A stretch of DNA of 64,000 nucleotides from Rhizophagus irregularis (taxonomy: Eukaryota), in NCBI RefSeq assembly GCF_026210795.1, contig NC_089430.1, positions 5,518,001 to 5,582,000 of the forward strand. Reading direction: 5' to 3'. Made by a program: the position numbers and the translations under genes. Shown piece by piece: positions 12,481 through 25,225 of this stretch (position 1 is its first letter; each line of letters opens with the position of its first letter). The notes below the pieces were generated by a model. The model saw only the letters and a program-made list of their open reading frames with translations, was not told the DNA's origin and did not search any database.

Positions 12481-14296
12481 AATTTATTTTTATTTATTTA
12501 TTTATTTATTAGAAGGTTGGTTACCGATGCATAGTCACGTGAAATGTGTAACCATTGATCGAATTTTGAACCTCAATAATTTTATATCTTATAATGGAAA
12601 AAAATTGGTAGATGTATTAATTATTATTTAATGTGATTTAAGATAAAAAATTTCATATCTAACAAACGAATCACTAATTAGCATATCTGTTTTCATTTCT
12701 ATTAATGATAAACAAGATGTTTGAGAAATAATTAAATTAGCTTATTTGATGGAGCTTATGTTACCGAAATGAATTCATTATTTTAGTACATAATATTGAT
12801 GTTGAACAATGCTGCGATTTCAATAATTCCGACGACTTCTAATGGATTCGATTTTCGACTAAATTTGATTTTAGTAGAATTACTTCCAATAGATAATAAT
12901 TTAAGTTGAACGACCAAATGTTACTCTAATGTGACATAGTTTTTATTGTTGCCACCTTTGATCTACAGAACACTTAGGCATGCATCAATTTATTTGATTT
13001 CACTATATATCAAAATAAATTCTTTTTAAGAAATTATTGTTTACTTATTATAATACGTATTTCAAAAAAAAAAGGTCATTGTAAATTTTCCAAATAAGTT
13101 TAGTAATTTTACGCCAAAATTTTACACCATAAAATTAGCCATTTGTAAATCTTTCCAAATAAGTTTAATAGAATGGGTTTACCTGATTTAGGATTTGCAA
13201 TCATAGTAATGCTGGCCGACATTAAATTTGGCCGGAATTTGCACGTGACCAAATTTTTGCAGATCACATCCAAAAATAGATAATAAAATTTACCGAAAAA
13301 GTATAATCAAACCCTTTACTTTTTTTGCAAGTTTACTTAGAAAAAAAATGGAGATTTTAAATATAATAATAAAATCAACTTTATTATAGAACTTAAAATG
13401 GCATTGAGTTATTCATTCAAATTTTCGATAAACTAACCTATCCATTTTTAGATATGATCGGCAAATTGAAGATCCTTCCTTTTTTCAACAATCCAGGCGA
13501 AATTACGTAATTCTCGCCCTGATGAAATAATAGTAAATATGTGCCGAACTACAAATTTTCATCAAGTATATTATTGCACAAGTACAGTATATTGCCCGGA
13601 AATAAGTCACCAGTCACCTACAAAGTATTATGATTATTGCGCAAATATTCCCCTATGTAAACTTTTTTTTATTATTTATTAACTTATCTTTTGTGATTAA
13701 GTAAATGATCCTCAAATTCAATTGCAGCCACTATTGTTATAATTAAGATTTAATAAACTTTGTTTTTTAATAAAATTATTTGTCATAATGTATATTGTAT
13801 TATTATATACTGTAAGTTAAGGAAAATATTTATTATCTATTAATTGTAATAAATTATTAAACTAAAGAACAAATTATGATCTTGAAATTTGGTTATGATT
13901 AAAAGTTTTAAATCTTCAAGTAATTTTTTTTTCTAAAAAAATTTAGATCGGATTTAAAAAATTGGTAAAAATAATCTGCAAAATGACCGACAAGCCAGTT
14001 AAGTCTTGCACAACGTGCTAATTATTTCTCTGGTTTTTATGATAGATAAATAAAATAAATAAAAATACAACCTAATTATAATTTTACTAACTGAATAATC
14101 TGACATTTGATTTGTTAATATTATTTGATCAACACAGAGTTATGATTAATCAATAATGAAACTTTATATGAGTAACTGCGTATCTTTTCCATTTGTGTCA
14201 TCATATATTTTTTTTTATTCCGGAGTTAAAGTTTTACTTCCACAAAGTTTATCTGTTATAGTAAAACGCGTATATTAATTTTCACCAAAAAAAAAA

Positions 14297-15823
14297 ATGA
14301 CAACAACTTTTTATCCTAGTCTTTCAAATGACTTTTCCTTAATATTAAATGATAGTGATGATTTTAATGTCATTATTCAAGTTGGTGAAAACCAAAATAT
14401 GAAAGAATTCCAAGCACACTCAACAATTTTACGTGCTCGTTCTCCTTATTTTAAAAGTGCTTTATCAACTAGATGGGTTACAAAGAAGAATAATATAATT
14501 ATGTTTTATAAACCAAATATCACTCCAATAGTTTTCGAGATGATTTTAAAGTAAGTTACTGTATATATCTTTAAGGTTTTTTTAAAATTAAGTTGATTCC
14601 TAAATTTCGTAATTTCTCTTTTTTTTAAAAGATATATTTATACAGGTGTGCTTGATTTATCAGAACAGTTATGTGAAGATATTCTTGGACTTTTAGCAGC
14701 ATCTGACGAATTACTTCTTGAAGAATTAGTAGAATATTTACAAGATTACTTAATTGGACAAAAAAAAAATTGGGTTCAACAAAATTCCGTTTTGATTCTT
14801 AATAACTTTGCGAGATGCAAGAAATTACAAAATTTTTGTTTTGAAACTATTTGTGAAAATTCTCAGCCATTTATTACCTCAAAAACCTTTTTCTCATTAA
14901 ATAAAGATATTCTCTATAGTTTACTTGAACGAGATGATTTTCAGATTGAAGATGATGTCGCTTGGGATTGTTTAATTAAATGGGGTATTGAACAAACACC
15001 CGGTTTGGGAAATGAAAATAGTGTTAAATCCAATTGGAATGATGAAAATTTTGAGGCATTAAAAAAAACTTTGAATCAATTTATTCCTCTTATTCGATTT
15101 GTAGGAATCTCTCATATTGACTTTTTAAATAAAGTCCAACCTTATAAAGATATTTTTCCTGATAATATTTATAAAGAAATTGAAGATTTTTATTTTAAGG
15201 GTGTTTTACCAAAAATAACAATTTTACCACCTAGAATAGGAATATTTGAATCAAAGATTATCAAGCCAAAACTTGCCAATATAATCGTTAATTGGATTAA
15301 TAAAAAAGATTATCGTACTATAAATGATTCTTATTATAAGTTCAAACTTATTTATCATAATACATATCATAATAGAATTAATAATCATTCATTTAAAAAT
15401 AAATGTAATGGACAAGTAGCAAGTTTAGTTTTGATTAAACCTTTGTTTTCGAATAGAGTCTTTGGTGGGTATAGTTCTGTTGGATTTAACTCAATAGGAG
15501 ATAATAATTTTATATTAAAAGATGATGATGATGAGTATTATTATTCATCAGATAACTTTATTTTCTCATTTAAAAATGGCGAGGATACTCAAAATATGAA
15601 AATAAGTCGTGTATTAAATCATTCTAAAGCTATATTGGATGAATATAATTGTGGATTTAATTTCGGTGGTTCATTATATATGAAAAATGGTAATTTATGT
15701 GTTAATAATAAGTGTGGTAATTATAAATATAATTTAGATGGTAATGGAAATTATACGATTAAGGAAATTGAAACATTTATTGTAGATAAACAGTTCATTC
15801 ACTTATCGTTATTGAATCAATAA
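14297..15823 (+). CDS. BTB/POZ-BACK-TLDc domain protein (481 aa, 2 exons)
   Basis: Exon 1 14297-14550, GT-AG intron 14551-14631, exon 2 14632-15823 give an open frame through ILK|YIYTG. BTB motifs are DVIIQVGE-like FNVIIQVGE, FQAHSTILRARSPYF and LLAASDELLLEEL. BACK-like LIKWG and IRFVGIS follow. The TLDc-like region has FKNKCNGQ, VFGGYS, FIFSF, FNFGG and IKEIETF. Confidence 0.9.
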
Positions 15824-16531
15824 TAATATTATAACAATGCAATGAAAATTGTAAATTGTAATTTATCTGCAGTAATCTCAAATTAGAAAAGTTCGCGATT
15901 ATTATTAATATTATTATTATTAATAATCAAAAAAATTAATTTTAAAAAGGAATGGCTGCATGTAACAAGTATGTAACAGATAGTGTGGATTTCGCTACTA
16001 AAATCGAGAAAATTTTATAAAATAATTTTTCCATTTATACTATGATTTGCTCAGTATATGTTAAAAAAATATTAAATTGATAGTCATAGAAAAGAAATGA
16101 AAGCTATTGTACAAGTTAAACAACCAATGATTTTGCGTAGAAAACTGACGCTAATAATCTTATTATATCTTCCGCTTGTTTGAAATAATATCCTCTTTTT
16201 TTAATATTGTATATAAGATTATGTCAGTAAAAATATTGTTCCCATAATATAATCAATAATTAATTTTTGATAATGTTGATAAATCCTAATAGTTTTATAT
16301 TGATTTCACATATTATTTTAAACTGAATAAAATCTAAAAAAAAATTTGTACTGTATTTATTTGTTTCAATATCATGAAAAATACTGCGGAAATCATCTAT
16401 TTAATTTTTTACGAATAGAAAAATATTTTTACAAAATTTCAAAATTGTTATGTTATAATGTTTATAACTATACATAATGATAAATTGTCACGTTAGTATT
16501 TATATTCTATGAAAATTCTTATAGTGGAAGT

Positions 16532-16955
16532 TAGGGATGGCAACGGTCACGGTCATTAACCGGTTATGACCGGTCATGACCGTGACCGATATCGGTCGGT
16601 CAAAGACCTCTGACCGACCGTTTGACCGACCGGTTTGACCGACCGGTTAACCGACCGTTTGACCGACCGTTTAACCGATCCTGAAAACGTTTGCGAAACG
16701 TAATTTAATAAAAAAAATGTTTCGCAAACGTTTTTTTAATTATTTTAATAGAAAACGTTGCGAAAACGTTTTTTATTAAGTATTTCAATTAAATTACGTT
16801 TCGCAAACGTTTTCAGGATTGGTTAACCAGTCGGTCAAACGGTCGGTTAACCGGTCGGTCAGACCGGTCGGTCAAACGGTCGGTCGGTCGGTCAAAGGTT
16901 CTTGACCGGTTATGACCGACCGATGACCGACCATGACCGACCGTTGCCATCCCTA
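16532..16955. mobile_element. hAT-type MITE (424 bp)
   Basis: TIRs TAGGGATGGCAACGGTC...GACCGTTGCCATCCCTA. Perfect 8-bp TSD GTGGAAGT at 16524-16531 and 16956-16963. Near-palindromic interior with GACC/GGTC subterminal repeats. Confidence 0.95.
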
Positions 16956-17899
16956 GTGGAAGTACTTGAGTAATTACTTTTTCTAAGTTTATATATTTGA
17001 ACTTTTCTACGAAGAGAAACATTCTCATACGAATTATTACTGCGCATGCGCCATTCATAACGATTTCTGAAGTCAATCGAATGCGAACTTGTGATTTTTT
17101 TTTCATTAATTGCGTTGATTTATTACGTTGATTTATTATATTGTTAAAATTATTAATTATTATTCAAATAGAAAGAATAAAAAAATTTGAAACAAAATAA
17201 TTTGTTCAACAAATTGTTTGTCGAACCAATTTAGGTATGACCGAGACTCGAATTAAATTTTATAATTTTATTGTACATCGTCTTATTAACAATACACGAA
17301 TATCAAACATAATAATACGGCAACATAGTAAAGAACATCTAAAAAAAGAAATTTTATAAAAAGGTTCGGATAACAGAATTTTGTAATGGTATTGCGCTAT
17401 AAAAAGTTTCAACAAAGAATGTATTTATATTACAACAATCAAATATTCAACCAAAGAATAATGTATTCCTTGTTAAATTGTTGTATTAAATTAATTGTCA
17501 AGAACTACTATTTTTTAGTCTATTTTTGGATTAATTTGATATAATTCAAAAAAAAAATTTTAAAAGCCTATATTCTTTATAAAATTACCATTTATCATTG
17601 AGAAAAAACCTGAAAATAAATTTCCTCAAAATAAATTTCTCATTATTAAATTATTGTGGCTGAGGTCCAATTTTTTAAGCAAAAAGAACATATAAATTAA
17701 AATTGGCAAAAAATTTGCATGCATTGCAACGCATGTGGAGCATATGGAATATAGCGTAACGCCGTAACGATCGAAAAAGGATGGTTTTCTGCGGATAATG
17801 ATATCATATTATAAATTTTAGGTTATATAAAGATTTCAAAAATTATTATTATACTTCGAAGAAAAAAAAGAAAAAAGAAAAAAAAAGAATTTTTTATAA

Positions 17900-18750
17900 G
17901 GATAGAAAATGATCAACCGATGAAGAAAATTTTTTAAAAAATAGTTTATTAATAAAAGGTTTTTATCATAAAATCATTGAAATTAATACATTTTAATAAT
18001 TTTGAAACCATTCTAAATGAATGGATAAATAATAAATTTGAAAATGATTATAAAAATCCAAAAATTATTTTAAAAATAATGAAAAATGATCATGAAAAAA
18101 GTAAAATTTGGTTCTCAAGTTTAATTGGTTTAGGTTGTGATATTAATAAAAAACTAACTTTAGACTTTTACCTTTTGGCTATTAATAATGAGATTGAAAT
18201 TGATAAATTATACCGAAGTTTCAGATAGTTTTGGTATAATTATATATGAAGTAATTTCTGGATTACCTCATATCAGCCATGATCAATATTTGGCAATAAA
18301 AATTTTTCAAGGACTTAGACTAAGGTTTAAGATTAAAGTACTCAATTTATTGTTAATTTGCTTAGATACAAACCCATTAAATCGACAAACAGCAAAAGAA
18401 ATTTATAAAATTTTTGACCTATGGAGTTTATAAACAGGATTACGAGAACAAATTAGAAAAACGGTCGGAATAAACAACAATTGATCAAATAATAGAATAC
18501 CTTAGGATTATCGGATTATACTATAAAATACATTCGGAAGCCGTTTATGAAAGTCATTAACTGAGAAATTCTGATGATTATTATGAACGAAATGATAATA
18601 TAATTAGACATTAATTAACACGAAATTGCCAGGTATTAATTAAGCACTTTTAATATTATAATTTATAATAATCATACTAATAATTAAATTTTAATTTATT
18701 AAACAGAATATTTACAAATTAATATTTCTTAATTAATAATAATTAAAATG
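17900..18750 (+). pseudogene. Degenerate kinase pseudogene (Sel1-kinase-like N-terminal fragment fused to a C-lobe remnant)
   Basis: KNPKIILKIMKN...WFSSLIGLGCD...FYLLAIN is followed directly by SDSFGIIIYEVISGLPH...LAIKIFQGLRLRF...CLDTNPLNR, then remnants of YKxHSEA, DDYYE and an E(S/Y)LQINIS microexon at ~18708. Multiple deletions and stops. Confidence 0.7.
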
Positions 18751-19707
18751 GTTATATAATATCTTTAATTTATTTTTCTTTCATACTTGAATGTTAAAAT
18801 AGCGAATATTATGCAAAGAAAAATCTTAGAATAAAATTATAATTTTCTATTAGGCTATTCCCAAATATTTTTTATTGGCAAATTTGTTGTTAAATCAAAA
18901 GTTAAATGAGTAAATATACCAAAAAAGCCGTATTTACAAATAGAAGAAAAACTATAAATTATTATATTTTATTGCTAGAATTTCTTAATTTACAGAGTGT
19001 TCATACACATATCACGTGACTTTATAAAATAATTTATGTAAAAAATTTTTTAATAAATATAATTTTAATTTTAAATGAAACATATGATATGTGTATTTTG
19101 TTCTGCGAGTTTACTTAAAGCGTCAAAGTCGGTTTAAATGATCTGGTTTTTCGTTAATTTAACTGTTAATGCGATTTATAACTGCCCAACATTAAATGAT
19201 CAGCATAGAAAATTTACTTTTTGTGTTTGAAACACCCCGAAATCGATAAATACACGTTCATGCTAGTATATTATAAACTAGTATTTTAAGTTAATAAATA
19301 AAATCATGTGTTAATTGTGTTACATGATCAATAAAATTTCAATCTTTTCACGAATGAGTATTTCTTTTATTATTATTAATCTTACCATCAACGTCAGTAT
19401 ATCATCGAGTTGACCAAGGCTGATAAATTCTTTTTTGAAGTAAAAAAGATAAAATTCACATAGAAATCTAAAATTAATGATGTTTGTTTTATTTTATTCT
19501 ATTTATTTATTTATTATTTTTTTTTCCTTTTTTTTTATGACGTTAATTAGATGAAGGCGAAGTGGATATCAGGGCTTTTTAGGAGGTTCTGTTTTTTTTT
19601 TAATCTAGTTTTTTTTTGGTCAGCCTGCTGTGAGTCATGTATACACACGAACCATGACTTAAATTACTATGTCATCAATTTTTTATTGATATATTATGAG
19701 TAGGTGA

Positions 19708-19985
19708 TAGGGATGGAAAAAGCTCCAAATGGAGTGATTTTCGAGGGCAGAACAGCTCAAGTGGAACGAACGGCTTGACGACTCTGAAAGCTAAGCCGGT
19801 CACGTGACGTTATAGAAATTCCAAAAAAGGAAATTTTGCACAGATCATATAATTCCGGCCGGAATTATGAATAACAGAACTGGTTTCTAAACTCTGCTCC
19901 AAACCAGTTTTTGGAGTCAGTTCCACAAATTTGGTTCAGTTCAACTCGTTCCGGTTCGTGGAACTGAAACCGAACCGGTGCAAAA
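19708..19985. mobile_element. Truncated hAT-like terminal fragment
   Basis: Begins TAGGGATGG like the two complete MITEs and has GAAC/GTTC subterminal repeats. No matching right end was found. Confidence 0.4.
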
Positions 19986-20394
19986 TATTCATATGTCAAT
20001 TCATTGGTAATTTTTTTTTGATACCCAATTTTCATGCTTAACATATTTTAATACATAATATTTATTCTAAAGTTTTAAATAGTTTCAGTTACTTTTTACA
20101 ATGGTTTTCACATAATTTTTTACTTTTATTTAACGTCACCCATTTTCTAATTAAATCAAGGAGATGAATATGATTGGCTCTTTTTCAAAATGATCGCCAG
20201 AAGTGATACCATTACACCGCATTTCTTTTGTTATCCGGATTTAGTTTTGTTTTACTAATATTGCATTATATATAATTAGTTCTTATGCTGAGATAAAAAT
20301 TTTTTTTCTTACTCCACTTTTTTTTTATTAGTATTTATTATTAATTACTTATTTTACTTTTAATCAATTCTTATTGAATTTCAAATGAGTCAAA

Positions 20395-23300
20395 ATGATG
20401 AGGAAATTATTATTGTCATTTCGTAATGACAAATGTGAAAGTTGCGGAAATGATCATTGTTATGTAAAACATTTTCAGAAAAATTTTATAAGTTGGACCA
20501 GTGGCAATGATAATATTGATAAATTTATTCAAGATACTCAGCTATCAGCTCATAATGATGTAAGGAGAGTATTAGAATGGATACCTTATGATAAATTTCA
20601 CAATATCAAACGTATTGCAAAAGGTGAATTTGGAAAAATATATATAGCAAATTGGATTGATGGACGTATAGATAAATGGGATTTTGAAAATCAAAATTGG
20701 AAAAGAGATAATCATAATATGTTTGTAAATTTGAAGAGTTTAAATACTCCAAATAATCTTACATTAGAATTTATAAATAAGGTAGAATAAAACTTATTAA
20801 CTTATTAACAAGATTATAAGTATTTTATTTTTCTAACCGAACATATTATTACATTTGTAGATTAAAATAGATCATGAATTTTATGGAATAACTCGGGATC
20901 CAAAAAAAAAAAATTATATGATGGTTTTGATTGATATATGTGGAGAGTGTAGTAAAATATGTAATTCAATACATTTTCAACAAAATTTCAAGAATTGGGC
21001 TAGTGATAATGATGATGTTGATAAATTTATTCAAGATACTCAGCTATCAGCTCATTATAATGTGAAGAAAGCATTAGAATGGATACCTTATAATGGATTT
21101 TACAATATCAAATATATTGCAAAAGATGAATTTGGCGAAATATATGAGGCAAATTGGATTGATGGAAATATACATTATTGGGATTATGTAAATCAAAATT
21201 GGAAAAGATATAATCATAATATGTTTGTAAATTTGAAAAGTTTAAATATTCCAGAAAATCTTACATTAGAATTTATAAATAAGGTATGATAAACTTATAA
21301 CTTGTTAACAAGATTATAAGTATTTTATTTTTCTAACATATTATTACATTTGTAGATTAAAATAGATCATGAATTTTATGGAATAACTCAGAACCCAGAA
21401 ACAAAAAATTACATGATGGTTTTGAATAATATATGTGAAAAGTGTGATGAAGTATGTAATTCAATATATTTTCAACGAAATTTCAAAAATTGGACTAGTG
21501 ATAATGATGATATTGATAAATTTATTCAAGATACTCAGCTATCAGCTCATTATGATGTAAAGAAAGCATTAGAATGGATACCTTATGATAAATTTCACAA
21601 TATCAAACATATTGCAAAAGATGAATTTGGCGAAATATATATAGCAAATTTGATTGATGGAAATATAAGTTATTGGAGTTATTGGGATTATGCAAATCAA
21701 AATTGGAAAAGAACTAATCATAATATGTTTGTAAATTTGAAAAGTTTAAATACTCCAGAAAATCTTACATTAGAATTTATAAATAAGGTATGATAAACTT
21801 ATTAACTTATTAGCAAGATTATAAGTATTTTTTTTCTAACATTATTGTTACATTTGTAGATTAAAATAGATCATGAATTTTACGGAATAACTTGGGATCC
21901 AAAAAAAAAAAATTATATGATGGTTTTGAATAATATATGTGAAGAGTGTAATAAAATATGTAATTCAATATATTTTCAACGAAATTTCAAAAATTGGACT
22001 AGTGATAATGATGATATTGATAAATTTATTCAAGATACTCAGTTATCAGCTCATAATTATGTAAAGAAAGCATTAGAATGGATACCTTATGATAAATTTC
22101 ACAATATCAATCATATTGCAAAAGGCGAATTTGGCGAAATATATATAGCAAGTTGGATTGATGGAAATATGAGTTATTGGGATCATGCAAATCAAAATTG
22201 GAAAAGAGATAATCGTAATATGTTTGTAAACTTGATGAGTTTAAATACTCCAGAAAATCTTACATTAGAATTTATAAATAGGGTATGAAAAACTTATTAA
22301 CTTATTAACAATATTATAAGTATTTTTTTTTTCTAACATATTATTACATTTGTAGATTAAAATAGATCATGAATTTTATGGAATAACTCGGAATCTAGAA
22401 AAAAATAATTATATGATGGTTTTGAATAATATATGTGAAGAGTATAAAGAGTGTAATAAAATATGTAATTCAATATATTTTCAACGAAATTTCAAAAATT
22501 GGACTAGCGATAATGATGATATTGATAAATTTATTCAAGATACTCAGTTATCAACTCATAATGATATAAATAAAGCATTAGAATGGATACCTTATGATAA
22601 ATTTCACAATATCAAACGTATTGCAAAAGGTGAATTTGGAAAAATATATATAGCAAATTGGATTGATGGACGTATAGATAAATGGGATTTTGAAAATCAA
22701 AATTGGAAAAGAGATAATCATAATATGTTTGTAAATTTGAAGAGTTTAAATACTCCAAATAATCTTACATTAGAATTTATAAATAAGGTATAATAAACTT
22801 ATTAACTTATTAACAAGATTATAAGTATTTTATTTTTCTAACTGAACATATTATTACATTTGTAGATTAAAATAGATCATGAATTTTATGGAATAACTCG
22901 GGATCCAAAAAAAAAAAATTATATGATGGTTTTGATTGATATATGTGGAGAGTGTAGTAAAATATGTAATTCAATACATTTTCAACAAAATTTCAAGAAT
23001 TGGGCTAGTGATAATGATGATATTGATAAATTTATTCAAGATACTCAGTTATCAGCTCATAATGATATAAATAAAGCATTAGAATGGATACCTTATGATA
23101 AATTTCACAATATCAAACGTATTGCAAAAGGTGAATTTGGAAAAATATATATAGCAAATTGGATTGATGGACGTATAGATAAATGGGATTTTGAAAATCA
23201 AAATTGGAAAAGAGATAATCATAATATGTTTGTAAATTTGAAGAGTTTAAATACTCCAAATAATCTTACATTAGAATTTATAAATAAGGTATAATAAACT

Positions 23301-25225
23301 TATTAACTTATTAATAAGATTATGAGTATTTTATTTTTCTAACTGAACATATTATTACATTTGTAGATTAAAATAGATCATGAATTTTATGGAATAACCC
23401 GGGATCCCAAAAAAAAAAATTATATGATGGTTTTGAATAATATATGTGAAGAGTGTAATAAAATATGTAATTCAATATATTTTCAACGAAATTTCGAAAA
23501 TTGGACTAGCGATAATGGTGATATTGATAAATTTATTCAAGATACTCAGCTATCAGCTCATAATGATGTAAATAAAGCATTAGAATGGATACCTGATGAT
23601 AAATTTCACAATATTAAACATATTGCAAAAGATGAATTTGGCGAAACATATATAGCAAATTGGATTGATGGAAATTTAAGTTATCGGAGTTATTGGGATC
23701 ATGCAAATCAAAATTGGAAAAGAGATAATCGTAATATGTTTGTAAATTTGAAAAGTTTAAATACTCCAGAAACTTTTACATTAGAATTTATAAATAATGT
23801 ATGATAAAATTTTTGACTTATTAACAAGATTATAAGTATTTTATTTTTCTAACATATTATTACATTTGTAGATTAAAATAGATCATGAATTTTATGGAAT
23901 AACTTGGGATCCAAAAAAAAAAAATTATATGATGGTTTTGAATAATATATGTGAAGAGTGTCATAAAATATGTAATTCAATATATTTTCAACGAAATTTC
24001 AAAAATTGGACTAGTGATAATGATGATATTGATAAATTTATTCAGAATACTCAGCTATCAGCTCATAATGATGTAAAGAATGCATTAGAATGGATACCTT
24101 ATGATAAATTTCACAATATCAATCATATTGCAAAAGATGAAGTTGGCGAAATATATATAACAAATTGGATTGATGGAAATATGCATTATTGGAATTATGT
24201 AAATCAAAATTGGAAAAGAAAGAATCATAATATGTTCGTGAATTTGAAGAGTTTAAATACCACAGAAAATCTTACATTAGAATTTATAAATAAGGTATGA
24301 TAAACTTATTAACTTATTAACAAGTTAAGTATTTTATTTTTCTAACATATTATTACATTTGTAGATTAGAATAGATCATGAATTTTATGGAATAACTTGG
24401 GACCCAAAAAAAAAAATTTATATGATGGTTTTGATTGATAATAAGTGTAAAAAATGCAATTATGCATGTAATGCAATACATTTTCAACGAAATTTTGAAA
24501 GTTGGACTAGTGGTAATAAAGATGTTGATAAATTTATTCAAGATGCTCAATTATCAGTTCATAAAGATGATGAAATATCACACGTACTAGAATGGATACC
24601 TTACGATAGATTTTATGGTATTAAATATATTGTAGAAAATAATATATACAAAGCAAATTGGATTGATGGATGTATAGATAAGTTGGATGATGAAAACCAT
24701 AAATTGAAAAGGTGTAATCAAAATATGTTTGTAACTTTGAAAAATTTGAATAATTCAAATAATGTCACATCAGAATTTATGAACAAGGTAATAAATATAT
24801 GCTATTATTTAATAAAATTCATTTTTACTAATATATTATATTTTTAGATTAAAATAGATCATGTGTTTTATGGAATAACTCAGGATGCGGAAACAAAAAG
24901 TTATATGATGGTATTGGAAGATATATGTGAAAAATGTAATTATGTGTGCAATGCAATAAATTTTCAAAGAAATTTCAACAATTGGACTAGTGGTAATAAT
25001 GATATTGACAAGTTTATTCAAGATACTCAGCTATCAGCACATTATAATACTGAAGCATTAGAATGGATACCTTATGATAAATTCCATGATATCAAATATA
25101 TTGCAAAAGGTGGACATGGTAAAGTATATAAAGCAGTTTGGGTCGATGGAAAATATCAAAATATGCTTGTAGCTTTAAAAAGTATAAATAATTCAAAAAA
25201 TATTACATTTGATTTTATGAATGAG
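20395..25225 (+). repeat. Tandem exon-intron array, 10 units of ~500 bp
   Basis: Same module motifs as gene 1. Units 1-8 share locus-specific features (NHNMFVNL, NLTLEFINK-type ends, WTSD/WASD in units 2-8, near-identical introns). Confidence 0.95.

Noticed and set aside
16813..17106. 97-aa ORF
   Set aside because: Mostly reads through the MITE's GACC repeats; no coding signal.
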